Part shown: piece by piece, positions 34,359-47,362 of the stretch
Layout of the letters: each line of letters opens with the position of its first letter
How positions within the stretch are numbered: position 1 is the first letter of the stretch
Source: the human T2T-CHM13v2.0 reference genome, Homo sapiens
Assembly (NCBI RefSeq): GCF_009914755.1
Contig: NC_060931.1
Direction: 5' to 3' (one strand)
Length of the DNA stretch: 64,000 nt
Translations under genes and position numbers: made by a program
The notes under the pieces: generated by a model
What the model was told of the DNA's origin: nothing
What the model saw: the letters and a program-made list of their open reading frames with translations, nothing else
Database searches by the model: none

Positions 34359-34406
34359 ATGGCCCTGCTGCTGGTGCTCCTCGCCTCTTGGGGCCTGGGG
34401 CAGTGA
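34359..34406 (+). other. uORF MALLLVLLASWGLGQ* in PLEKHA8 5'UTR
   Basis: GCGATGG Kozak context, TGA at 34404-06, out of frame with main ATG. Confidence 0.65.
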
Positions 34407-34444
34407 GGGGGCCGGCGGGCGTGGGCCGAGTGGCCGCGGGCGCC

Positions 34445-34484
34445 ATGGAGGGGGTGCTGTACAAGTGGACCAACTATCTGAGCG
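34445..34484 (+). CDS. PLEKHA8: PLEKHA8 (FAPP2) coding exon 1
   Basis: Kozak GCCATGG, MEGVLYKWTNYLS, donor GCG|GTGAGT; 40 nt. Confidence 0.97.
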
Positions 34485-36819
34485 GTGAGTGGCCGTGCCG
34501 GGCCGGGGGCGCGCCGGGGGCCGGTCCTTTGTCTGCGCGGCTGGAGGGCGGTGTCTGGACCCGTCTTAGGGAGGGGGTCACGGCCCTTTCCTGAGGCCAG
34601 CGCGGAGCGGGAGTATTTCCCAAAGCAGTTCTCTCACGGGACCGTGTCGCCGTGCAGGACGACACGGCCCTCTCTTGGGGTTGGTTAAGAGCTGTGGCTG
34701 CCCTTTCGCTTCAAGGAAGGCTACAAAGACTGAGATTTTGGGTGACTTGAAAGGCACGGTGCTCTTGATGTCAGCGGGAGGAAGGCGCAGACGCCCCGCC
34801 GTGGGGTTCTCTGGGAATCTCTTGAATTTTGGCGAAGGAACCGTACTCCCTTGGCTCGCAGCTAGGTTGGAAGGTTTCAAAAGAATGCCAGCAGTAACCT
34901 GGAATTCCACAGCGGAAAGATCCTTTATCAAAGTCCTCAGTGCAAACACTTTCCCTTTGTCACCTTCAGAGTCATCTGCGTGCACACCAGGGTGTCAAGA
35001 GTCCCAACTCCACAGTTTCAAAGCTCTGCACAAGGTTTTTTATTTTCTCGTTGAGCATTTCCTTTTGTTTTACAGACTCAGAAATTACCGTTAAATGAAT
35101 GCAAATATTTGCAACTTTCTTGCCGTGCCTTACAGATTGGCTTTAAAATAGTCCCCGCCCTTTTTTTCTAGTTTGTGGAGGTAAAAGCTTCATATCTTGA
35201 GAAGGTTGTAACTGTTCTACAGCTGTGAAAATTATTCAGAACGATCATTTTTGTCATGTGTGCAACTAGTATTTAATACAAGCCTACTATATGCTGGAAA
35301 CTGTGCTAGCCACTTTTTTGGAAGTAAACTTTTTATCACAGAAAATGAATTAGGTCTTTAAAATTTTAAAGGCAGTGTGTTTGAAAGCAGAAATGTTCCC
35401 AGTATCCCTTAGAGTGGGTGAGAGACGTTTTCTTTCTTTTGTGGGATAGTTTTTAAAAGGTTGTAGTATGGTAATGCGCCGGGTGTTTTAAGAATGGGTG
35501 TGTGTGGGAGGATCAGTTGGCATACATAGTAACTTCGAGGAGGTCACACAGCACAGCCAAAGGTGCCCCTATTGGGCGTACCCAGAATCTCTTCCCTTTG
35601 CTTAGTGTAATTAGCAGTGAGTTCACCTGTTTATTTTTTTTCTGTAATCATTAATAGAGACTAAATGAGAAGAGGTTTTTCTTGTTTGCGTCAAGGACCT
35701 TCAGTGATGTCTGCAATTAGATTAGATGAGAATAACTCAAAGCTAGGCTTTGGTTTGGTGGATGACAGAGGCTGATCAACACTGCTAACCTAAGGGGAGG
35801 AGGCTCGACCTGGCAGTTTTCCTTCTGAGGTCTCTCTAAGCTCTCAGATGCATATACTTGAGTAAAATTTAGTTCCTGATCCTTCACTCCTTTCCATTAC
35901 ACACACTTTTTTTCATTCATCTTCAACATTCTTCTTTTTTTCCCATTCTTCCCCATCCCCAACTTTTTTTGTTGTTTTGTGGGGTTTTTTCCCCCTCTTT
36001 TCCTTCTCCTTTCTATATAGAAAGTTTAGTCTCTTGATACAGTAACTATTTCCTGGTAGTGAAATGCTTTTGCTGTTGTTGTTGCTGACTGTCCTTGTGT
36101 ATCCTTCAATAAAGCAGAACTCTCTAGAAGGATCTTTTGGAATCTTTGTTATTTGATTCCTATCTGTTCTGTTGGAAAAGAGTCTACTTTTTTCTTCCCA
36201 AAGTAAGAGAAGTTAATGCTGTGAGTGGTGCTAGGGTGGAAACCCTGAAGAAGAGGGCACTGGAGCCATTGCCAGAGACAGCTGTCTCTACGTGATGCTG
36301 CTTGTTCCCTTAGCCCACGTGCCCCGTCCTTGTAGGCATACTGTTCATAGAAGCCCATCACACCACTGGGTATTTTCCAGATATACATAGAATGATGGTT
36401 CGGCATATTCTCTCCTTTTAGGAGATAAATTTACTTGGGAAAGAAGTGGTAATAGCCTAGGAGGATCACATGCATTCTTGTTTCCTCCACCCTCCACTTT
36501 TCTACTTGTTCTTCGGAAGTGAGCATGTTGTGTTAGTGACAAGTTACTTTTTCTTTTTCTGAAGCTTGTTTTAAAAAGTAACTTTTTTTTTCTTGTAGGT
36601 TTGCACATACTAACTTTAAAATACATACAATCCCAATCCAAGTTTTTGTTCATTCTGAATTTTTCTCCAAAGGTAGTACGTAACCCATGCCTCTGTATGG
36701 TTTGTGTATTTGTCATGCTGACAGCTTGATATGGGATGCCTTGTGTCAAATTTGAGTGAAGTTAGGAAATCAGTTTATCACTTGGTCTTTTGAATCCTTA
36801 GGGGATGTTGTTAATTTCA

Positions 36820-38270
36820 TTTACCATCTACTGTGCTAGGCACAGGGGAAGCAATGTTGAACAAAGCCCATGCCCTTCTTGAGCCTACAGTCTGGTGGGG
36901 GAAGAAAGATATTTATTGGTTAAGTGGTTAGAACCATGTTTCATTGTGTGTGATTGATTGGGGAGGAGGGAGGGCAGAGAGGCTAGTACGGGTTGTTAGA
37001 GAAAGCTTCTTTGAGGAAAAATTTAAGCAGAGTCTGAAGGATAAATCAAGCTGTTAATAGTTCGCTGGAGAGGCCAAGGCAGAGGTGTAGTTAGAGGAAA
37101 TAAAGAAGAACTTTTCAGGCACAGGGAATGCCAGTGTCAAGGCCCCAAAGCAGAATGGAGACGTGCGAGTTTGAGGAAAGGAAAGAGGACCCATCTGGCT
37201 GAGAGCTGAGGAGAGTGAGGCTCCAACAAAGATGCAGGGGTGTGCGGGAGGCTAGATATTTCAGGGCCTCATAGGCTGGTTTAAACACTGTGATGTGATT
37301 GTGTGTGTGCATGTGGGTACATGCATGCATGCGTCTGTGAGAGAGAAATGATGAGATTGTTTAAAAGCTTACTCTGGCTTTAGCGTAGCGTAGAACATTT
37401 TCTGGTTACATCTTTATATCTCTCCTGCTGCATTTATTGTACTTCACTAAATACTATGTATTATTATTTTGTGAGCTTCTTTTGCCTCTTGAATTTTAAA
37501 TCGATAGGTATTAATTACTGAAAGTTAGAATTCATCAAGCCCTGATAATAGCGTCTGAGGTTTATGTGAGTGTATTTCTAGAAGAGAAAAGAAGTCTCTT
37601 CCCTTAAATGCTAAGCGTATTCAGGTACTCTATCCTCCTTCAATGAAAAATACAAAAAAAAAAAAGTTTACATGTATTTTCGTTTACAGTCTGGTTTCAT
37701 CCTGCCTTTTGGACATTCCGGGATTTAGTGCCAGTACCTTTCTTTAGATGTTAGAAGATTAAACTTGGGATGAAGAGAGTAAATTAAAAACATGTTACAG
37801 ATTCCCACATTGTGTGAGACATACTTCTAAAGAAGCACTGTGTTTGTTATTTGTGTCTTTCAAGACCTAAAATTTAGTCAAGGAGTATTATACATGTAGG
37901 GCTACACATTAATACTCTAGAACGCTGGTTCAGGAGTCAGAGAGACCTGAAGCCTGGCAAACAGCCCTATTACTGCCAACTGCAGGGTCACTTTAGCATC
38001 CTGAGCCTTAGTATCTTCCTCCATTTAAAATAATGGGATTTACTAGTTTATAATTGTAAGAACTGTTAAAAATTTATTAGTACTTACAATGTGCCAAGCA
38101 CTTTTCTAAACATTTTACATGGATTAACTCAGTCTTTGCAGCAATTTCAAAAAACAGTTGCCTTTATTATGCCCATTTTCCAGATGAAGACACTGAGATA
38201 TAGAGACGTGGGTTTGCTGAAGGTCACACAGCCACTTATTAAGTGGCTTCAGAGTCAGTGCTCCATTAGA
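36820..38270. mobile_element. L2 (about 36820-37400) and MIR (about 37920-38270) fragments
   Basis: ctactgtgctaggcac..., cccattttccagatgaagacactgag. Confidence 0.65.
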
Positions 38271-38809
38271 CAATACTTTTAAAGGTCCTTCTTGCTTGAT
38301 CATTATGTAATTCTAGCTGATTCATAATGTACCTATATTTAAAGTATGTTTGACCTAGAATAGCAGACTATTTCGGGGGTGGGAAGTGGGGAGGAATTCA
38401 GAAGTGAAGAAAGCTTTGACTGCCCAATGTTGTGCATATGTTTTGCCACGAGGAAATTTTCTAACCTGTGCTTTCTACTTTGTAGTTTTAGGTCCTTTTC
38501 CTGCCCACTCAGCTGATAGGAGGGCTGCTGTTGTGAACTCCAGCCAGCCGAAGGCTGCTTGTGCCTCTCCAGCAGGTTAAAGCTCAAGCACATTGCATTA
38601 CTGCATTCTGAAAATAACAAAAGCCTGCATCATACTGGCCAGATGGTTTTCATTAAGGATGTGCTATAATTTTGTTTCCCCTCAGGTGGAGGAAGGTGAC
38701 TCTTGCCCTATATACTATATATACTAGTGCTGTGTAAACAGTACCAGGAAGACATCTGGAGTATGAGGATTCTTGGTTTCACAACCACTGGTCAACCCTT
38801 TTTGTTGTT

Positions 38810-39690
38810 GTTAACATTTTAACATCTTTATGGAGATAATTCATAAACCATAAAATTCATCCATTTAAAATGTACAAGTCAGTGATTTTAGTATATATAA
38901 AAAGTGTAACTATTACCATGATCAATTTTAGAACATTTTCATTATCCCAGAAAGAAACCCAGTACCCATTAGCAGTCACTCCTACACCTACACCTGCCCT
39001 TCACTGTTGGCAACCACTAATCTGTCTGCACAGATTTGCCTCTTCTAGGCAGTTTATATAAATGGAATTATATAATATGTGGTCTTTTGTGGCTGGCTGC
39101 TTTCCCGTAGCATAATGTTTTTTTTGGATAGCATGTATCAGAACTTCATTCCTTTTTATTACCAAATAATATTTCATTGTATATGTATACCATATTTAGT
39201 TTATCCATTTTCAGTTGAAGAACATTTGGATTGGGCTGTTCTTTTTGTTTTTGTTTTTCTTGGTTATTATGAAATAACACTGCTGTGAACACTCATGTAC
39301 AAGTTTTTGTATAGACATGATTTCATTTCTCTTGGATATCTATAATACCTAGGAGTGGAATTGCTGGAGTCCTATGATAACTCTTTATTTAATAATTTGA
39401 GAGACTACCAAATAGTTTTCCAAAGTGACTGCACCATTTTACATTCTCGTCAGTAATCAAAGAAGTTTCCGTCTTCACATTCTCATCAACCTCATTATCG
39501 TCTTAGTATAGCTATCCTAGTAGTGGATGTGAAATGATATCTCATGGTTTTGATTTATATTTCTCTGACTTAATGATGTTGATTATCTTTTTATATGCTG
39601 ATTATCCATTTGTATATCTATTTGGAAAAATGTCTGCATTTTTTGCCCATTTGTTTGGGTTATTTTTTCATTACAGAGTTGTAAGAGGTT

Positions 39691-39723
<33 letters not shown>

Positions 39724-40750
39724 AGACAGAGTCTTACTCTGTCACCCAGGCTGGAGTGCAGTGGTGTGATCTCCGCCTCCCGAGTTCAAGCAATTCTCCT
39801 GCCTCAGCCTCCTGAGTACCTAGGACTACAGGTGTGTGCCACCATGCCTGGCTAATTTTTTGTGTTTTTAGTAGAGATGGGGTTTCACTATGTTGGCCAG
39901 GCTGGTCCGAACTCCTGACCTCAGGTGATCCGCCTGCCTCGGCCTCCCAAAGTGCTAGGATTACAGGTGTGAGCCACTGTGCCCGGCCAAGAGTTCTTTA
40001 TTCTGGATATAAGTTCCTTGTTAGATAGATGATTTGCAAATACAGTTGACCCATGAATAATGCAGGAGTTGGGGCACCAATCCCCACAGTCAAAAGTCTG
40101 CATGTAACTTTCGATTCCCCCAAAATCTTAACCAGTAGCCTGCGAATAACCAAAAGCCTTATGAATAACTTTAACAATTAACACATATGTTATGTCATAT
40201 GTGTCGTATACTGCATTCCTACAATAAAGTAAGCTAAAGAAAGGGTTATGAAGAAAATGATAAGGAAGAGAAAATACATTTACTGTTCATTAAGTGGAAG
40301 TGGGTCATTGTAAAGGTCTTCATCCTTGCTGTCTTCACATTGAGGAGGCAGAGGAAGAGGAAGAGGAGGGGTTGGTTTTGCTATCTCAGGGTAGCAGAAG
40401 TGGAAGAAAATCCGCATGTGCACGGTTGAAATTCAAACCCATGGTATGCAAGGATCAACTGTATTTTCTTTTCTGTAGGTTGTCTTTTTCATTTTCTTCC
40501 TGGTATCATTTGCAACACAAAAGTTTTAAATTTTGATGTAGTCTGATTTATCAATTTTTTCTTTTCTTGTTTGTTTTTGGTGTTACATTATCTTAGGAAA
40601 CCATTGCCAAACCTAAGGTCATGAAGATTTACCCTTAAGGCTTTAAAAATAGTTTTTAGTGCTTACATTTAATTCTCATCCATTTTGAATTAATTTTTGT
40701 GTACGATATGAGGTAAGAGTACAGCTTTTTTTTTTCACATAGATATTCAA
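38810..40750 (-). mobile_element. old L1 interrupted by Alu (39693-39988) and Tigger2a-like element (40042-40461)
   Basis: L1ME-type 3' sequence; TIRs cagttgaccc / ggatcaactg. Confidence 0.8.
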
Positions 40751-41314
40751 TACTCAACTCTTTACGATGTAATCTATGGTTTCAGTGATAAAGTCACAAG
40801 CCAGCATTGCACCAATTCTTAAGTGTAAAAGGTTGGAGTCAGAGAGCCCTGAGTTTGAACTTTTGCCCCACTACTTAGTAGTGCTAATACCTTGAGCAAG
40901 TTACTTAATCTTCCTGAGTCTCAGTTTTAAAATGACAGCAATAATAATAGCTGTACCTAGGTTTGTTAAGAATATGTAATGGATATTGAGCTTACTGTTA
41001 GCAGTTTCTGGGTCGTGCCCATTAGTGTCAGACACTCTGCAGACATGCTCCACTGTGTACCAGGCAGGTTCATAGTTCACTTTAAGGGTAGGTTAATTAG
41101 ATCACTGTTTTGATTAATGATGCCCAGAAAATTTAGTCTCTGTGTATTCAGCTTTCTATTTGCAAATTGTGGTTCCTCATGGATTCTTTTTCATATAATT
41201 ATTGGCCATTGCTGTCTCTTCCATTGTGAAGTGTCTGTTCAAATCTTTAACCTATTTTTAAAAGTTAATTGTTCTTTTTATTATTGAGTTGTGAGAGCTC
41301 TTTATATATTCTTA

Positions 41315-41965
41315 TTTACTTATTTATTTATTTATTTATTTTGAGATGGAGTGTTGCTCTGTCGCCCAGGCTGGAGTGCAGTGGCACAATGTCGGCTCAC
41401 TGCAACCTTCGCCTCCCGGGTTCAAGCAGTTCTCTACCTCAGCCTCCCAAGTAGCTGGGATTACAGGCGCCTGCCACCAAGCCCGGCTGATTTTTTTTTG
41501 TATTTTTAGTAGAGATGAGGTTTCACCATGTTGGCTAGGCTGGTCTTGAACTCCTGACCTCGTGATCCACCCTTCTTGGCCTCCCAAAGTGTTGGGATTA
41601 CAGGCATGAGCCACCTCGCCCGGCCATATATTCTTAATTAAAATTCCATTGTAGACCAGGCATGGTGGCTCACACCTGTAATGCCAACACTTTGGGAGGC
41701 CGACATGGGCAGATCGCTTGAGGCCAGGAGTTTGAGACCAGCCTGGCCAACATGGTGAAGCCCCGTCTCTACTAAAAATACAAAAATTAGCTGGGCGTGA
41801 TGGCACACGACTGTAATCCCAGCTACTTGGGAGGCTGAGGCACCAGAGTCGTTTGAACCCAGAAGGTGGAGGTTGCAGTGAGCTAAGGGGTTGCAGTGAG
41901 CCAAGATCACACCTGTGTTCCAGCCTGGGCAACAGAACGAGACTCTGTTGCAAATAAATAAATAG
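41315..41965. mobile_element. inverted Alu pair (- 41315-41625, + 41654-41965) with a 28-bp spacer
   Basis: Alu consensus in both orientations. Confidence 0.95.
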
Positions 41966-42087
41966 ATAGATAGATAGATAGAGTGAGACTGTGTCTCAGA
42001 TAGATAGATGGATAGATGGGTGACAGAGCAAGACTGTCACAAATAGATAGTGTAAGATTCTGTCTCAGGTAGATAGGATAGGATAGA

Positions 42088-42133
<46 letters not shown>

Positions 42134-42140
42134 TAGATAG
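41950..42140 (+). repeat. (GATA)n STR interleaved with duplicated Alu 3' termini
   Basis: tagata arrays with gagtgagactgtgtctca / gacagagcaagactgtc / gattctgtctca units. Confidence 0.9.
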
Positions 42141-43459
42141 AGAAATAATGCCCAGAGGAATTAAGTAGTGTCCTTAAGATGACATACCTGGATGTTATGA
42201 GTCTGAACTTAAACCATGGTTTCCTCACTCCGTTGTTTTAAGGTGCTGGTAGGACATATGAGAAGCACTGTGCAGAACAAATAAATATTTAGTTTGGTAG
42301 CTCAAAGTGCACAGGAGAGGTGACCTACATCTTCTAGCAGAAGGTTTTAAAGAGAATTTGATATAATCTATTGTAATTATAGTCTTCTTACCATCTACAT
42401 GGTAGACTCTCCAGTAGTCTGTCACTCCTTGAGGCTGGGATCTTTTCTCTAAATCTCCAAACCTGGCAAACTACAACTGCTCAGAAAATGCTTTGTGAAT
42501 TAATTAATGGTAAATTAAGAAGCCTATAATTTAGCTAATGCTTGGGTAACTGTTACAATGAGGAGTGTTTCTTCATTCTTCCCTCCTCCCTAGCTACAAC
42601 AGAACTCTTAACTGACTGACCTGGCAGAGGAACCCAAGGCTTTGCTGTCCGCATCCCTGTCTGGAACTCCCCTAGAGAAGCTGAGTGGGGGAGGGCTCTA
42701 ATGGGATGAGGTGTGGCTGAGCGCTTAGGTTGGATATTGGAAAACACCAAGGCTATGGAGGTCAGGGGTAGCAAATTAATTGCTCTGCTTTGCTTCAATT
42801 TAAAATGGTAGATTATTTCACTATTAACATATCTATATAGCATACATAATATATGATATGATAATATATATGGGTTATGAACGTAGAAACCATAATTTAT
42901 AATGAATAAATTGTCTTGACTCAACATTTCAGATTGTCAGTCCTATCAAGACATTTAATTTCACTTTTTTTTTCTTGGCATTAGTTACTTTCTCTGTTTT
43001 TATTTAAAAAAATTTGTTTGGAAACAGGGTCTCGCTATGTTGCCCAAGCTGGTCTTGAACTCCTGGCCTCAACTGATCCTTCTGCCTCATGAGCCACTGT
43101 ACCTGGCAGTTACTATCTCTTGAATCAGATTCTGGGAAAGATGGGAGTTTTCTGTTATTTTGTATTAGGATAGGTTTTGAAAGCTGAGAGAGACTTCTAG
43201 GCATCATCTAAACTCCAGCTGAAATTTTGTAGAAAAGGAAACTAAAGCTGAAAGAAGTTTAGGGACTTAACCTTTTCTTTCTCCCATTCTGTTCCCCCTT
43301 TATTATGGTCACTAATTTTTCCTCTTATTGTTAATGAAAAAGCACCTTTCCTTCACTTTTTTTCTTTACTTTTGGCTAACTTTTCTAGAAAGAGTTTAAA
43401 TAGTCCCTTTTCATTTTTTTTTTCTGCATTTCTACACAACAGTAGTTCTTATGGATTTT

Positions 43460-44360
43460 TTTTCTTTTAGTCTTGAACTTTAAGTTCAGGGGTACATGTG
43501 CAGGTTTGTTACATAGATAAATGTGTGCCATGGTCATTTGCTGTACAGATCATCCCATCACCTAGGTATTAAGCCCAGCATTCATTAATTTTTCCTGATC
43601 CTCTTCCTCCCCCAACCCCCTCTTAAGGATTTTAAAAATTCACAATATGTTAAATTTTTAATTGTTTTTCCTGTTAAACAGTAAGATTATGAACTTCTGC
43701 TTTCCTAGAACACCTTAATTTTTAAGGCAAAAGTTCTGAAGGAACTGTGGCGGACTTAAAGGCAGAATGATACACTCTAGCATGAGGCTAACTAGTAGGC
43801 ATTCTACTAGTTGTTTATTTAAGAGTCATTATTGGGCCAAGATGTAATAAGCCCATTGTAATGATTACAATAAAAAACTGAACAAAATACAACAGTAGAA
43901 TATTGCATTTTTTTCAAATGCACATGGAACATTCACCAAGATAGACCATGTTCTGAGCTATAATAGAAACCTTGCCAAAACTTGTTAAAAGAATGTTCTG
44001 TGTCTTTAATAGAAGTAAACTACAGATTAGTAACAGATGTAGAGAATCCCCTGAAATATTAGGAAATTAAACAGTACACTTCAGAGTAGCTCGTGGGTCA
44101 AAGAGAAGGTCTCCAAGAAAATTGGGAAATATTTTGAACTTAAAATGAAAGCACAACAGTGGTTGGCCAAGGGTAAAGGGAGAGGGGAAGGCTTGATCAG
44201 AAAGGAGTAATACAAGGGAATTTTGGGGACAATTTTGGTAGAATGGAATTTTCTGTATCTTGATTATTGCGGTGGTTATTAAAGGACTATGCATTTATCA
44301 AAACTCAGAATTGTTCGCCAAATAATGAATTTTATTTTATGTAATTTTTAAAACTTTTAA
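43460..44360. mobile_element. L1 fragments (- strand L1P 3' end about 43460-43620; + strand L1M about 43880-44360)
   Basis: ggggtacatgtgcaggtttgttacat; cacatggaacattcaccaagatagacc. Confidence 0.8.
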
Positions 44361-44899
44361 GTGTCTGTTTAATGGAGTACAGTTTTTCATAGTGATGTGT
44401 TTGGATGAGCCACTTGTCACAAGGCTGCTGAAAGAAAAATGAAGGGAAGCTACAGTACTTTCTAGTCAGAAGTGGGTTTGACTCACAAGTAATTACTTTT
44501 GGTTTGGATCTTTAAGGGAACAGGAACATCTCCATTTAGAAATTTTGACTTAAAAATGGTGGTTGCTGTTGGGAAATTAAAAAAAAAAAAAGAAATTTTA
44601 GTGTAAAATTAACATGAGGTATGCCAGTTTAGATCCAAATATAAGTGCATTTCTTGAAGAAAATTATGCTCATTGAAAACGTGTTGTTCAACATTAATTG
44701 AACTGAAAAGTCCTTTGGCTAAGATTTTTTAAAAGTAAATTTTACACAGTTTGTTCATTAAGTGTAGAAAGGCGTTTGCACTATGTGAGAAAAGAATAAG
44801 CTGGTAGCAGTTTTGGAATAGTGGTTTTTAAATCTTTAATTTCTTTGAACAATGATTTGTAGTTTTCAGTGAAAAACTTATTTTTAAAAATTTATTCTT

Positions 44900-45210
<311 letters not shown>

Positions 45211-45435
45211 GATTTATTCTTAAGTAGTTTATTCTTTTTGATGTTATCGTAAATGGATTTGTTTTCTAACTTTCATTTTCAGATTTTTCATTGCAACTGT
45301 ACAGAAATACAATTTTAATTGTATGTTAGTCTTGTATCCTATCACCTTGCTGAACTCATTTATTCTAATAGGTTTTTTTTAGTGGCTTCCTTGCATTTTG
45401 TTTTTGTTTAAATATATAAGAGCATGTCTGTGAGT

Positions 45436-45553
45436 AGAGCTAGGTTTGCTTCTTTCTTTCCAATCTAGATGTCTTTTATTTCACTTATTGACTAAGAGCT
45501 AGGTTTGCTTCTTTCTTTCCAATCTAGATGTCTTTTATTTCACTTATTGACTA
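45436..45553. repeat. perfect 59-bp tandem duplication inside old L1
   Basis: AGAGCTAGG...TTGACTA x2, identical. Confidence 0.95.
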
Positions 45554-47087
45554 ATTGCCTTGGCTAGAACCTTTAGTACAATGTTGACTAGAAGTGGTAA
45601 AAGCAAACATCTTGTCTTGTTTCCAATCTTTGAGGGGAAGCATCCTGTTTTTCACCTTATACACATTAACTATGGGTTCTTTGTAGATGCCTTTATCAGG
45701 TTGAAGAAGTTCTCTTCTAAGTTTGTTAGGTGTTTTTATTATGAAAGGGTGTTAGATTTTTGTCAAGTGCTTTTTGTACGTTTAGTGAGATGATCATGTG
45801 ATAGTTTAGAGCTTTTGTGTTTGCAGAAAGACCCAGTTCACACAGGCTTAAAGTAAAAAGGGATATTTATTGGTTCATTTAATGGAAAAATCTAGGGGGT
45901 GTCTTACCTTCAGGAATGATGTGGGCTGATCAGGGGGTTCAAACAATGTCATCCAGATTTTCTTCCTTCTCCTTCTGTCCCTCAAATCCTTCCAGTTCCA
46001 TTTCCCTTTGTGTGTGAATCATGTTTAGGTCCCATGTGATGGCAAACTGCTGCAGGCAGCTGCAGGCTAACATTCTTAAGACCAAAGAAAAAAGAAACAG
46101 TCCCCATTTCTTTATGCCTTTCCCCAGTCCCAGCAAAAGTCCCAGAATTGTCTCCGGTTGGGCCACTTGCCCATTCTGGAACTATCATTGAGGATAGGGG
46201 ATGTGAAGCTTCATTTAGGCCTAAATCACATACCCACCCTGGAGCTGGTCACCCCCACCCAAACCTCATGGTTGGAGTGTGAAGAAGGGAGTTTTCATCA
46301 ATGGAAAAGTACTAGGTAAATGCTGGATTGCCAAAAATAAATGTCAAGTATGCTTTCTGTAGTGAAACAATCCAGGATAATACAAAGCGTATGAAATTGG
46401 TATTTAAATACTCTTTTTTTTTTACCCGCTACCCCGTCCCTGGCAATGATAGCTAATACGAGCTAAAACTCTCCCCTGCTCATTGAAGTTTTATGTCTAA
46501 TCCTTCCCAGCAGGGAATTTGGGTGATACCACATTGCATCTGTAATAGAGGATGGCATAAAAGAGGGTGGAGATTGGATAGGAAGATAGTCTAGTGGTCA
46601 TCTAAGGGAGCAGGGAGTAGTACAGACCAACAGTTTTCATCTGCCCTTTAGTTACCTTGACTGATCATTTCTGAGATAACTGCAGATTAATTTAAAATAG
46701 AAACTGGATTAATGGTCTCTTTTTCATCCATGCCTCTTTTCTCTACAATTCATCATTCCTGGGCTGTATCCCAGTTTCCCAGCACTGGACATTATGAAAG
46801 ACCAGTGTGTCCTAATACTAATCTGAACTCTCTCCATCACTCTGCATTTAAATTTTGTCTAATAGGAATGAGATTTCTCTGGTCTCTTACTGTGCCTTTT
46901 GAAACTGCAAGAATTTTGTGCTTATAAGAAAAGTTTTTCTTGGTCACAGTTTGTGTAGTTACAAAGGACAGAATAAAATTGCCATATATTGAACATCCCT
47001 TGTATAATTATAACCTACCCTAGGTAAATACAGAACCTGTTATAAGGAAGGTAATATTTCAGTTGCTATTATAATTTACCAGCTACA

Positions 47088-47362
47088 TTTTTTTTTTTTT
47101 TTTTTTGAGACAAGGTCTCACTCTCACCCAGGCTGGAGTGCAGTGGCGTGATCATAGCTCACTGTAGTCTCGAACTCCTAGGCTCAAGCAGTCCTCCTGC
47201 CTCAGGTGCATCACCTTGCCCAGCTAGTTTTTAAAATTTTTTGTTGAGACAGGGTCTCACTATGTTGACTAGGCTGGTTTTGAACTCCCAGCCTCAAGCA
47301 GTTGTCCTGCCTCAGTCTCCTAAAGTGCTGGGATTACAGGAGTGAACCACGGAGCCCAGCCT
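47088..47362 (-). mobile_element. AluJ
   Basis: Alu consensus. Confidence 0.9.

Larger units (their letters stand above)
33820..34870 (+). promoter_or_regulatory. PLEKHA8: CpG island / PLEKHA8 promoter and exon 1, with GC boxes and NRF1-like TGGGCATGCGCG (34046-34057)
   Basis: very high GC and CpG density around the first coding exon. Confidence 0.9.

Noticed and set aside
34403-34408. GCA|GTGAGG donor that could splice the signal-like uORF to exon 2 to make a secreted protein
   Set aside because: That frame hits TGA within exon 2 after about 17 codons, and the donor is weak
33783-35094. Long overlapping ORFs on both strands in the CpG island
   Set aside because: Expected from stop-codon scarcity in GC-rich DNA; low-complexity Pro/Arg/Gly/Ala with no domain
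36599-38700. Cryptic exon-like acceptors in PLEKHA8 intron 1 (about 36599, 38492, 38686)
   Set aside because: Paired donors are weak and such sites are expected by chance in a 16-kb intron
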